DNA of 64,000 nt. It comes from Octopus vulgaris (Eukaryota). The stretch spans positions 115,630,001-115,694,000 of the forward strand of contig OX597814.1 in NCBI GenBank assembly GCA_951406725.2. The letters run 5' to 3'. Position numbers and translations under genes: made by a program. The first letter of the stretch is position 1, and each line of letters begins with the position of its first letter. The notes below the pieces were generated by a model. The model saw only the letters and a list, made by a program, of their open reading frames with translations, made no database searches and had not been told where the DNA came from. Below, in pieces: positions 40,092 to 53,024 of this stretch.

Positions 40092-40101
40092 ATGCCTATT
40101 C
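40092..40101 (+). CDS. KMT5A: KMT5A/SETD8/PR-Set7 first coding exon (MPI + phase 1)
   Basis: aaaATGCCTATTC|gtaagt. Phase 1 joins the acceptor at 52714 to give MPIRRNIENG in frame. Confidence 0.7.
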
Positions 40102-40344
40102 GTAAGTTTCTCGCCGTTTCTTTTATATTCTGGTGACGGTTGTCAAGCTGTGGATGAGGTTTTTAGTTTGGATGTTTTAGTTTTTGCGGGTTTTATATTT
40201 TGTGGTTTTTAAACGACGTAGATGATACGAGATGAGGGAAAAAAAGAAATTTGTTTTGTTAAGAAAACTTTTGTTTTTGATCTTTCAGCAACAATACTTG
40301 GATTATTCACATCGGGGGTTTATTAGCTGATGTAGGTGTATATA

Positions 40345-41704
40345 GATTTGTGTATGTGTGTGTATATGTATATATATTTGATTGTGTGTATATGTATATA
40401 TATTTGATTGTGTGTATGTATATATATATTTGATTGTGTGCATGTGTATATGTATATATATTTGATTGTGTGTATATGTATATATATTTGATTGTGTGTA
40501 TATGTATATATATTTGATTGTGTGTATATGTATATATATTTGATTGTGTGTATATGTATATATATTTGATTGTGTGTATATGTATATATATTTGATTGTG
40601 TGTATATGTATATATATTTGATTGTGTGTATATGTATATATATTTGATTGTGTGTATATGTATATATATTTGATTGTGTGTATATGTATATATATTTGAT
40701 TGTGTGTATATGTATATATATTTGATTGTGTGTATATGTATATATATATTTGATTGTGTGTATATGTATATATATTTGATTGTGTATATGTATATATATA
40801 TTTGATTGTGTGTATGTGTATATATATTTGATTGTGTGTATGTGTATATATATTTGATTGTGTATATGTATATATATTTGATTGTGTGTATATGTATATA
40901 TATTTGATTGTGTGTATATGTATATATATTTGATTGTGTATATGTATATATATTTGATTGTGTATATGTATATATATTTGATTGTGTGTATGTGTATATA
41001 TATTTGATTGTGTGTATGTGTATATATTTGATTGTGTGTATGTATATATATTTGATTGTGTGTATGTGTATATATTTGATTGTGTGTACGTGTATATATA
41101 TTTGATTGTGTGTATGTGTATATATTTGATTGTGTGTATGTGTATATATATTTGATTGTGTGTATGTGTATATATATTTTATTGTGTGTATGTGTATATA
41201 TATTTGATTGTGTGTATGTGTATATATATATTTGATTGTGTGTATGTGTATATATATATTTGATTGTGTGTATGTGTATATTTATTTGATTGTGTGTATG
41301 TGTATATTTATTTGATTGTGTGTATGTGTATATTTATTTGATTGTGTGTATGTGTATATATATTTGATTGTGTGTATGTGTATATATATTTGATTGTGTG
41401 TATGTGTATATATATTTGATTGTGTGTACGTGTATATATATTTGATTGTGTATATGTGTATATATATTTGATTGTGTGTATGTGTATATATATTTGATTG
41501 TGTGTACGTGTATATATATTTGATTGTGTATATGTGTATATATATTTGATTGTGTGTATGTGTATATATATTTGATTGTGTGTATGTGTATATATATTTG
41601 ATTGTGTGTATGTGTATATATATTTGATTGTGTGTATATGTATATATATTTGATTGTGCGTGTATATGTATATATATTTGATTGTGCGCGTATATGTTTG
41701 ATCG

Positions 41705-41742
<38 letters not shown>

Positions 41743-41855
41743 ATTGTGCGCGTATATGTTTGATCGTCTGTATATATATATATATATATATATATTTGAT
41801 TGTGCGCGTATATGTTTGATCGTCTGTATATATATATATATTTGATTGTGTATAA
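40345..41855. repeat. ~1.5 kb minisatellite, 22-26 bp unit (tttgattgtgtgtatatgtatatata)
   Basis: Roughly 60 tandem units anchored by TTTGAT, in KMT5A intron 1. Confidence 0.95.
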
Positions 41856-42287
41856 GTGAGAGTATGTGTGTATGTATATATATATATTTATATAATCATA
41901 TATGATCATTCTAACAGCATGTGATCTAGTTTCATTTTTTTTCCTTCTCTATCTCAGTAAATATTATTTAAGGTTATCTCCTGTCCAACATATGTTACCT
42001 ATTTTTACCTTCTTTTTCATTTTAGACGTAAAAAGTGGCTTTAAATATATTTTTGATGAAATTTAAAAAGTTACTTTATGATATATTTTTTTTTAGAGGA
42101 GGGAACGTTTTTTAATGTACTTTTTTATTATCAAACCGTGATCAGAAGTAATATTCCCGACTTTTTATGCCACAATTTAACGAATTTTACTGGTCCTTAT
42201 TTTTAAAATTTTTATGTAGCTAACACCTGGACTTGTCCTTTCCCGCCATCTCAAACATTTGTGTGTGTATTAATATGTACGCGTGTG

Positions 42288-42328
<41 letters not shown>

Positions 42329-43044
42329 GCAATAAATCTTTATTGGAGCAGTGGATCTCGAAGCACAAAGCTATAATTAATATGTAAATATTGGGTTAAA
42401 GAAACTTTTTGAGCAGAAAAAGTGAGCAGAAAAAGTGAACTATGTGTGAGCTTTCCTTTCTTAAATATTAATATATAATTCGTACAATTAGTATAAATAA
42501 TTAACCTTAATCAATATACAAAATTAATATGCAATCATTAATCTGCTTGTATCCATCTCACTTGACGCCGTCTTTAATTTTTCCTGGAGTCTATAAAATA
42601 TAAATAAATAGCAAAGTACCACCACCATATCGCTAATGATAAACTATTGTAATTTGTGTCAGAGCAATGCTATTCATTCTGTTGTTTGCCGTTGTACCAA
42701 ATGGCTGTTAATGAACGTAAGTGTGTGGGACTTGGAAGTATGGAAGGTGAAATCTGTTGAAACACGCTATTGTTTAAGATTAGTTCGTTGATGTAACAAT
42801 AAGATGGGTCTTGTTAAATAAAGTTAAAAGTTAGTTATAATTATACTTTATTATAAAATGTGCGTGCTTGTGTGTGTACGTACACATATATATATACATA
42901 CATATGTATATATTATATATACACCCATCTGTGGCAGTTGCAATGTCACATACCCCCCTCCTCAGAAAAATATAACTCGCAAAGATGTTTGTGCTTGTCC
43001 TGCCACGACGACAAGTGTTCACTGATACTGTGCGTGTGGATGTG

Positions 43045-43075
<31 letters not shown>

Positions 43076-43331
43076 GATTCCTTAAACAAGTGTAAAATAT
43101 CAATTTCATATTTACGAAAGAGGAACTGTGAGTGTAATATATTTATGTATGTATATATACATACACACATATTCAAGATCAGATCCTCGAACAAGTTTCG
43201 TTCCACGAAATAATTCCACCAGAATCACTTTTAAACGTTTTGATCGCAGGAATTTGCCTTTATAGCAGCAAGTTGTTGCATACATTTGTTAGTTATATGT
43301 TTGTATATTTCTTCCGTGTATGTATAATGTG

Positions 43332-43381
<50 letters not shown>

Positions 43382-46300
43382 TGTACAAACTGTTGATTAT
43401 GAATCGAGCTTGAAGCATTTGTAACTATTTTACATTTAAAATCATGACCGTTATTATTGCCTTTGTTATAAGAGCGCAACGGACTGGTTTGCTGTTTGAC
43501 GTCTTTTCGGAACAAATGTTACTAAATATAAGCTAAAAATACACAGTTTATATTTATGATGATTAATCTTGTGTATTTTATGAACTAATTGGGCCCTAAT
43601 GGATCCCTAATTTAGTTATGTAGTCTGTTTTGTTAATATGAAAAACGGTTTTTGAAGACAGATTTTTTTTTTTACTTTATTAGAGGTGAAATGTTCGAAT
43701 ATTTTTGTAAGAATTTTACATTTTATATATATTAATTATAGTGGGGTAGACCGGTTTATGGGATTTTTCGGATTTGTGTATTTCTACAAACGATATATAT
43801 ATATAATAGGAGGTATGTGGAAATTTTGGGTGGTCATTATATTTTTCTCGTGACGTTAGGTTTACCTATTTACTAAAAATAATTGTGACTAGGCAAGATA
43901 AATGTGCAAGAGGTGGGAAATGGTGATTGTTCGAGTCAAACATGTCCGTCTAAATTACCAAAGCATCGTTATAATTTAAGAACGAGTGCTTGTGGGCTAA
44001 TAATTTCATCAAGCTAATTGGAAACCTGTTAAATTGATTCCTGAATATTGCTGCTAGTTAATAACTCTAAGAACTAAAATATAAAAATTCTCTGGGGTCG
44101 AATTCGAAATCGGAATATAAAATCAGGGCGAAATATCGGTATCACCATTGCTTCACTGATCAATCGATTTGGACGAGTTTGCAACTTGGGTGTTTCGATT
44201 CTCTGTCGTTTTTCTCATCAGTTTTACTTTATTATGATGATTAATAATGTATCGATTTCTTCTGAGACCCACAATAAACAAAGTTGGCCTTAGATTTATC
44301 TCAATGCACGCTTGACAGCTTATCTATATCTACCCAGAGTGGATGGAAGGCTAAGTCGATTTTCTTTTCTGTGCGATTTTAGACCAGAACGAAACTTTAA
44401 AAATATTAAGCATTTTGTTACATAAGCTCGACGGCGTCCTTACCGTTTCTAACCATTTCTTTATACACAGAAGTCTGAGAATCTTTACTCAGAGCTGAGG
44501 CATTTTGACAAAAAAAAAAACTACATCAAAGTGATCCAAAGTAGAAGTCGAAATTGGTTAATGGAATTTTTCTTTCTTTCTTTCTTTTTTTTTTTTCTTG
44601 GTTATAAATTATGTCAACCCTTCTATGACTATCATAACAAAACTGAGTTTGTGTTTTTTTACATTGAGACAAAGCCACGAATTAAAGATTTGAAGGGTAA
44701 AGTTATATTTTATAGGGCATCATGTGAAACCTCGTTTTCACGTTTCTGCCTTGTATTACAGTATTTACAAGGGAGTATTTGTAATTTGATGTTGAACAAT
44801 AATCTCAAAGCTTCAATCCTAATTCCTGAAGCACTTTTTTTTTCTCCGATTTTCTCACCAATGAGTATGTACTTCGGCAAAATAACCGTACATACTTATG
44901 TACACACACACACACACACACACACGTTCAAGGAAAATGCACGCCTCTCTTACATGCGTGTACAGTGTCGTTTCAAATTTGCCAGTTAACCATATAACTA
45001 ATGTTGATTGCATGAAATATTTATGCATGAGGAAGTAATCTGGATTTAAAATAATTGTATATAATATATATATATATATACACACACACACGACTGTCAA
45101 ATTCCTTTCGTGAGGTATTAGTTAACTTTTAGGCCATGGTAGAAGACGGTATCTAACTTAAAAACTCGTGGTTGTGAAGTGAATTTCTTGACTGTAGAGT
45201 TATGCTAAACCCAGGTGCATGTAGTCTGTTAATGATTGGCCCCAAAGGAAAGAAAAGTAAAATATTTTTAGAATTTAAGCTCAGAATATAAAGGAATAAT
45301 GCTAATGTAATGCATTTAGTCTGATATTTTACTGGTCATGCCATTTAAATTGACATGCATTTCCCTCTATAATATTTTCTAACGATCGTAGGGCGACCTG
45401 CTGTGCTTGAGGAGACCTATTGAGTCAAGTACATGAACATCAAAATAAAAATCAAATGGAAATTGTAGTTGTGATACCCGTGTCGGTGACACGTAAAAAA
45501 CACTATCCGAACGTGGCCGATGCCAGCCTCCTCTGGCCCCTATGCCGGTGGCACGTAAAAAGCACACACTTCACTCACGGAGTGGTTGACTTTAGGAAGG
45601 GCAGCCAGCTGTAGAAACACTGCCAGATCAGACTGGAGCCTGGAGCAGCCTTCTGGCTTCCCAGACCCTGGTCGAACCGTCCAACTCATGCTAGCATGGA
45701 AAACAGACGTTAAACGATGATGATGATAATGATGATTGTAAATTTTGTGTCACCATCATTCCAGCAGTGTTTTGTTTCCAGTCTTCCAGTAGAATATGTC
45801 TAGTCTTGGGGAAATATCACCTTAGGAAACTGGTGAGAGTTAGTCACAGGAAGGTCATCCTGTCTGAGAAAATCAACCACAGCAAATTCTGTCCAACCAA
45901 TGCAAGCATGGAAAAGTAGAAGTTAAAATGATAATGAGCCTAGGCATGCAACCAGAAATTTGACGAGAAAAGATTAGTCAATCAAACAACTCTCATATTT
46001 TATTTAATCAACTTTGGAGGGATGATCGGCAAAGTTGACTGAGACAGAATTTGAACTTGGATTCTGAACAACCAAAAAGAAATACTGCAAGGCATTTTAA
46101 CTGTTTTGAGTGTTAATCCACTGACCTAACATAGAATCAGTTTTATATCCACAAGACTAGGTGAAGTACCAATTGTTTCTGCTTCACTGGAACAAGCGTA
46201 TAAATATATCTAATAGATCATACTAAACATCAATGCTATCTTATACTTGTTTCAGCCATTAAGCTGTGCCCATGCTGGAGCACCACCTTGAATTTTAGTT

Positions 46301-46638
46301 GAATGAATCAATTGCAGTACTTCATTTTTTATAAGCTTGGCACTTTTACCATCTGCTAAGTTATGGAAGCACATACACCAACACTGGTTTCAAGTGATGG
46401 AGGGGGACAGACAAAGACACATGCTAGGGACTTCTTTCAGTTTTTTTCAACCAAGTTCACTCACATGGCCTTGGTTGGCCCAAAGTGCCACATAATGGAA
46501 CTGAACCTGGAACCATGTAGTTGGGAAGCAAACTTCTTACCATACATCCATACCTGTTCATCTTTGGTCTTTATATATATGTGTGTGTATCGTTAGCTCC
46601 TACTCGCATTTTTTTCTCTCCTTGTTTTTTTCTGTGTA

Positions 46639-46676
46639 TCTTTCTGTCGAAGAGCGTAGGCTCGAAACGTAACAGA
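46639..46676 (+). ncRNA. Minimal hammerhead motif (A6 mutated) in Penelope-like end
   Basis: tcttt-CTGtCGA-a-gagc/gtag/gctc-GAAA-cg-TA-acaga. Confidence 0.6.
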
Positions 46677-46889
46677 CTTTTTCTATTTCTATTCCTGAGC
46701 GCTATACTAATACATTTGTTTGTTTGTACTCCACCTGCCTTCGTCTTTTGTTTATTTTCATAAACTTTCCCGTTTTATATATATATATATAGTTAATCCA
46801 AACAAGAAAACACAAAAAAACACAACAACGTGAGGACGTGGAACAAATATAGTATTATTGGACGCTCAGGAGAGAAGGGAAGAAGGAGG

Positions 46890-46924
46890 GTTTAACATTT
46901 CGAGCGGAGCTCTTCGTCGGAAAC
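46890..46924 (-). ncRNA. Minimal hammerhead motif (U4C) in Penelope-like end
   Basis: Minus strand gttt-CCGACGA-a-gagc/tcc/gctc-GAAA-tg-TT-aaac, with 4-bp stem I. Confidence 0.62.
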
Positions 46925-46977
46925 ATAGGAGAAGGGAAGACAGAGGGACAAAAATCGCCAACGGTACACACGAGGTC

Positions 46978-48420
46978 CTCATTTAACGTCCGCTTTCCAT
47001 GCTAGCATGGGTTGGATGATTTGACTGAGGACTAGTGAACCAGATGGCTGCACCAGGCTCCAATCTTGATCTGGCTGAGTATCTACAGCTGGATGCCCTT
47101 CCTGATGCCAACTACTCCGAGAGTGTAGTGGGTGCTTTTATGTGCCACTGGCACGAGGGCCAGTCAGGCAGTACTGGCAACGGCTACACTCAAATGGTGT
47201 TTTTTATGTGCCTCCTGCACAGGAGCCAGTCCAGCGGCACTGGCAATGACCTCACTCGAATGTTTTTTCACGTGCCACCGGCACAAGTGTCGGTGAGGCG
47301 ATGCTGGTAACGATCACGCTCGAATGGTGCTTTTTACATGCCACCAGCACGGAAGCCAGTTAGCTGCTCTGGCAACGATGACACTCAGAGGGCGTTGTTA
47401 GTGCTCCACTAGCACAGATGCCAGTCATCGAATTTGATTTCGATTTCACTTGCCTCAACAGGTCTTCACGAGCAGAGTTTAGTGTCCAATGAAGGAAAGG
47501 GCTGGTTACACCCCTGGCATAGACCACAAGGTTATGGTCGCATTTGGCTTGCTGGGTCTTCTCAAGCACAGCATATTTCCATAAGTCTCGGTCACTAGTC
47601 ATTGCCTCAGTGAGGCCTAATGTTCGAAGGTCATGCTTCACCACTTCGTCCCAGGCCTTCTTGGGTCTACCTCTTCCACAGGTTCCCTCAACTGCTAGGG
47701 TGTGGCACTTTTTCACACAGCTTTCCTCATCCTGTCTTGCACACTACATCTGATGCTTCTTAGGTCCAATTTTTCTCCCTAGATACTTACACTCTGTCAA
47801 GTATGCACACTGACATTACGCATCCATTGGATCATACTGGTTTCACTCCTTGCGAGCTTACGCATGTCTTCAGCAGTCACGGCCCATGTTTCACTGCCAT
47901 TCAGCATGGCTGTTTGTACACATGCATCATACAGTCTACCTTTTACTCTGAGCGAGAGGCCCTTTGTCACCAGCAGAGGTAGGAGCTCTCTGAACTTTGC
48001 CCAGGCTATTCTTATTCTAGCAGCTACACTTTCAGAGCATCCACTCCTGCTACTGACTTGGTCACCTAGTTGACGGAAGCTATCAACTACTACTAGTTTT
48101 TCTTCCTGGAATGTGACAGAAGTTGTTCTCTGCACATTTTCAGTGTTTATTGCTCCTGAGCATCTGCCACATACAAAACTATCTTCCCAGTTAGCCTTTC
48201 TTTGATATTGCTGCACCTCTTGTGTGTCCATAGCTTGCACTGGGTACATCTTACAGGGTTTCTACCTATGCCTTTTCTACAGATCAAGCAGGGCCATCTA
48301 CCTGAAGGGATTTGTGGTTTGCCTGCCTTCCTACTTATTAGGACTATGGTTTTAGCTAGGTTGACTCTAAGGCCCTTCAATTCTAATCATTGCTTCCACA
48401 CCTGAAACTGCTTGAGTTCT
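46978..48420 (-). mobile_element. RTE LINE 3' portion
   Basis: Track ORFs 48147-48380, 47797-48249 and 47360-47716 (RIRIAWAKFRELLP, GRGRPKKAWDEVVK), followed by the 3'UTR. Confidence 0.9.
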
Positions 48421-48882
48421 GATATATATACATATATATATACACACACACACACATTCCATCTTCTGTCTTTTATTTGTTATATATACTTATATACACA
48501 CACGCACACTATAAGAAAGAATAAGAGTAATTGTGGTATCACATGATACCCTGGTAACAAATTATGCAAAAAGAATTTCAGGAGAAACAATATCCTGAAA
48601 TACTAAATATCTGCAATAGGGATGTAAGCAGAAGATGGGGGTGCTTATTTCTTGTGGATTTTGCACTCACATATTCTTTTACCTGTTTCAGTCATTTGAC
48701 TGCGACCATGCCACGGTACCGCCATTGGTCAAACAAATTGGCCCCAGGACTTTTCCTTTGTGAGTTTAGTACTTATTCTATCTATCTCTTTTGCCGAGCT
48801 GCTAAGTTACAAGGATGCAAACAAACCAACATCAGTTGTCAAACAATGGTGGGGGGGGGGACAAACACAGACACACAAATAA

Positions 48883-48957
<75 letters not shown>

Positions 48958-51370
48958 TTTCAGTTTCTGCCTGCCAAATCCATTTACAAGGCTTTAGTCG
49001 ACCTGAGTCTATAATAGGTGCCCAATGTGCTATGCGGTAGGACTGAACCCAGAACCATGTGCTTGGGAAGCAAGCTTACCACACAGCCACTCCTGCGCCT
49101 ATATATATAGGCATATGCGTGGGGTAGGTTGCAGAGGCATTTTACTGTGGCATGAAAACCTTTGAATCTCATCATTTCAGTTTCAGTCTAACTGCACAGC
49201 ACCAAGTCTTTCATATGTGTGTTCTTTGAATATGCGTAAGTGTTGACATCTCACAGATTCACTTGAAACTGAGACATGTTTACATTTAACAACAATATTG
49301 TGGTTGATTGCTCTCCACCTTCAAAAGGCTTGTGGATTAACTCTCTTGCTTGAAAAACTAGTGTAAGCATTCAACCAGCATTAAAACTTTTCCTCAAATA
49401 TGCCCTAACCAATTCTTGTTACCAAGTGAAATCAAAATCAAATTTGATGACTGGCATCCGTGCTAGTGGAGCACTAAGAGTACCATCTGAGTGTGCTCGT
49501 TGCCAGAGCAACAAGCTGGCCTCCGTGCTGATGGCATGTAAAAAGCACTATTCGAGCATGATCGTTACCTGCGTCGCCTTACTGGCACTTGTGCTGGTGG
49601 CATACAAAAGAACATTTGAGCGAGGTCATTGCCAGTGCTGCTGGACTGGCTCCTGTGCAGGTGGCACATAAAAAGCACCATTTGAGTGGCCGTTGCCAGT
49701 ACCGCCTGACTGGCCCTCATGCTGGTGGCACATAAAAACACCCACTACACTCTTGGAGTGGTTGGCATTAGGAAGGGCATCCAGCTGTAGAAACTCTGCC
49801 AGATCAGATTGGAGTTTGGTGCAGCTATCTGGTTCGCCAGACCTCAGTCAAATCGTCCAACCCATACAAGCATGGAAAGCAGGCGTTAAACGATGATGAT
49901 GATTGCAAAACCCTTTAAACTAGTGTGTGTGTGTGTGTACATATACGTACAAGAGTTAAGGAATGGAGTTGATTAGATCTGGGCTACATATGTTTCGTAA
50001 CGAGCAAAACCTCGGAAGTGGTAAATATCCAGGCTAGCTGTATACCGTAGGCTACTTGAGGTACTTGTTAACATGTGGAAGACTCAACAAGAATGTGTGT
50101 TGATATATGTGTTCACACATAAATATATATTTATTTCTTTATTACCCATATGGGGGCTAAACATAGAGGGGACAGACAAGGACAAAGTAATTAAGTCGAT
50201 TACATCAACCCCAGTGCGTAACTGGTACTTATTTAATCGAGCCTGAAAGGATGAAAGGCAAAGTGGAGTTTGAACTCAGAAACGTGACGGCAGATGAAAT
50301 ACCACCCAGCTTGCTGCCCTTGCATGCATATATTAACACACCAATGTTTAAAAATAGCTTCCTAGCTTATTGTTTAATTCTAGGCCAACTTGCATTCAAG
50401 CTTTATATTTTTTTTTTTTTTTTAAAGATAGTGTATTCTGGTCCTAGGACTGAATTTTCTAGTGTCCTCCTTTAAAGACGGAAGGCTCTTGTTTTAGGGA
50501 CATTTAGTTGCTATTTCTAGCAATCTGAGTGCGCATATAAAAATTTCCTTATTACTGTTATATAAAAAAAAATTATTTATTTGTTAATTCAGATGGCTTT
50601 CTGGGCTCTTTTTTAGTTTGGTGAAATAATGGGGTAAAGTTTAATAGATTTGATGTGGTTTCTGTCATTCTCTTTTAGTAAGATTCCTTGGAGTTTAGAG
50701 CTATTGTAATTTTATAGAGAGTAATAAATAATTTTTGGTTCTATGGAATGTGATTTTTAAATAGCCCATGAGTAAAAGACAGTCAGAGTAGAAGAAAGTG
50801 TCAGTGGCATGGATTTGTTTAAGGTGGACTTGCCAGGAAGTGACCCACACTCTGGGTTTCATGTCCTTCCCCTGTGCCACATATAGAATGAAACATGCAT
50901 GATCCAGTTATGAAGCTGCAACAGATTGCTGTTGATTTGGTTATGGTTTTTGAGTGATGCCTTCTGTAGCATGTCCATGCACAGCCTGCTTGTCTCCTAT
51001 TGGGATCTTTGGGAGATGGTCACACTTAGTCTGGCTCCTCATCCTTGACCTTGCTGCCAAGTGTGTCGCTACCAAAAGTTTAGAACTCCTAATGGCATTG
51101 CTCTCAGTGTCATTGGTCCATACAAGCCCCTCTGGTAAATTTTGGTACTTTCACCCTAAAAAAAATCTGAGGTTTTTTTTTTTTTTTTTTTTTATCTTAG
51201 TGAAAATCGTGCAAGTGAAAGTAACAAATAATACTGCCCCTTCACCACATCAAGCAGCAGCCATCAGAGGGGAGCCTATGAACCCTATTGTTTTTATGTG
51301 CAATTCTGGAAATTTCATTGCAGTGGCTAAGTCAGAACTACGAGAGTCCAGTAGTTGTATTTATTTAATA

Positions 51371-51722
51371 CTAGCAGTATCGCCTGGCGTTGCTCGGGTT
51401 TGTTTCGACCCTTTAGAATTGGAATTTTTGAAAAGTAAAAATTTTGCATTATGTAGCTTGTTATTCTGTTTAAGTGAACATTTTTCTGGTTGAAATACAC
51501 CGAAAAATGGCGACACAGCAGTAAAAAAAATTGTAAAAAAATAGGGATTTTCATAGAAAAAAAGCACCTTTTCGATGTAAATAACTTTTGGTGTTAACAT
51601 GGTCCGATTTGAATTTTATCTTCTACGGAAGGAAGAGCAAACTTTCTATCATACTCTCAATTTTGGTCAACTTGCACCGCAGGGTCTCGGAGGAAATAGT
51701 GTTAGTTGAAGGCTACCAAACT
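51371..51722 (-). mobile_element. Non-autonomous Helitron 3' portion
   Basis: Minus strand ends with GC-rich imperfect hairpin cccgagcaacgccagg, then CTAG followed by T. The 5' boundary is approximate. Confidence 0.6.
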
Positions 51723-52714
51723 GGTGCAGAGGTTTCTACTGCATTGATTGATACTTGAAATCTATAACCCAATTTTTAGATATTTGTCCTTTTGTTTATG
51801 CTGTGTTAATGGAGAGAGAGAAAGAGACATGTCATTGTTCTGGCTATAGGAAACAACCTAATTATGTCATAATAATAGCTCTTTTACAGCACTTCCTTTA
51901 TTCAAACAATGACCACTTCAGTGCTGTAGTTGTGTTAAATTCCTCAGAGCTGTACCATATTTACTCCGTTTTTAGTATTTTCAACCGAAGGGAAAAGTAT
52001 TTTAAAGTAATCTAAGGACTTCTAAGTATGATTTTAGTGGACATTTAAGAATTTTATCATTTTGTTCAATGGTGCTCCTCTCTCTAATTCTTTCATATAT
52101 TATTGACTTGACCTATATATATATTTTTTTTTTTTTTTTGTCCTTCTGGCATTGGTTTGGATGAAGCATTATTTGGAGTGAGATTTTAGTTTGAAGTTCT
52201 TCCTGCCACCAACCCTTACTTGTATTCACAACACTGACCAGCTGGCAGAATCATTCGCACGCTGGGCAAATTGCTGTTAAGCATTTTGTCCATCCTTATA
52301 GTCTGAGGTCACCTTTGTCTTCCCTCTTTTCAGTGGGGGTCAATGTAATCGACTCTCTCCCTCCTCTGAAACTGCTGGCCTTGTGCCAAAATTTGGAACC
52401 AATATCATTACCATTTTGCTCAAACAAAGACAAGCATATAAATGCACATACACACAAAAGAGGTGTCTTGCAGTTCCCATCCACTAAATCCCTTCATATA
52501 CAATTGTTTGACCCAGAGCTATAATAGCCAAAATGCTACACAGTGGGATTGAGCCCTAAAACTACATGATTGCCAAGCAAACTTCTTAACCACAAACCCA
52601 TGTAAAATGTATTTTATAATTGTATTGTTTTTTTTTTTTGTAGCAGTTAATTCCTTATTCAAACATCAAGAAATTGTTCTTCAGATTGTTTGTTTGTTTT
52701 TCTTTTCACTGTAG

Positions 52715-53024
52715 GTCGTAATATTGAGAATGGAGAGTGCCAGCCAAATCAAGAGCATACTCCTCCAAGTGCCCTTTTGACCCCAGATTCTTCACCCAGT
52801 AGTAGTATTGCCTCATATGAAAAGCCTGATCTGTACACCATTGATCCTGGGAACCCCACAAACACAGAAAATGGCAATACCCACAATCCATTGCTATTGC
52901 TCAAGTCACCTTCAAACAAGCCTTCCAGGAAAAAAAAAGGCCGTACAAAAAAGCGCCGAGTTGTTTCAACACATCGAAATTCATTGTCACCTAAGCAAAA
53001 GCCAAAAACATCGACCCGGCAAAA
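52715..53024 (+). CDS. KMT5A: KMT5A N-terminal exon (S/P-rich, basic NLS-like RKKKGRTKKRR)
   Basis: Long polypyrimidine tract + tag acceptor, open frame (track ORF 52690-53028), AA|gtaagt phase-2 donor compatible with the next exon. Confidence 0.85.

Larger units (their letters stand above)
46592..46976. mobile_element. Two different Penelope-like 3' ends tail-to-tail across a (TA)n tract
   Basis: Hammerhead motifs on opposite strands, both pointing to the (TA)n at ~46775-46791, with a shared cctgagcg motif downstream of each. Confidence 0.6.

Noticed and set aside
40345-41855. Regularly spaced repeats as a CRISPR-like array; ORF 41334-41909
   Set aside because: No unique spacers, eukaryotic context; the ORF is a by-product of the repeat.
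49975-50100. Half hammerhead (gaaac-atat-gta on minus), with similar traces near 4285-4370, 43190-43230 and 48585-48615
   Set aside because: Core too decayed to support a call.
50954-51493. 179-aa ORF
   Set aside because: Crosses a poly-T run and a Helitron end; no splice or homology support.
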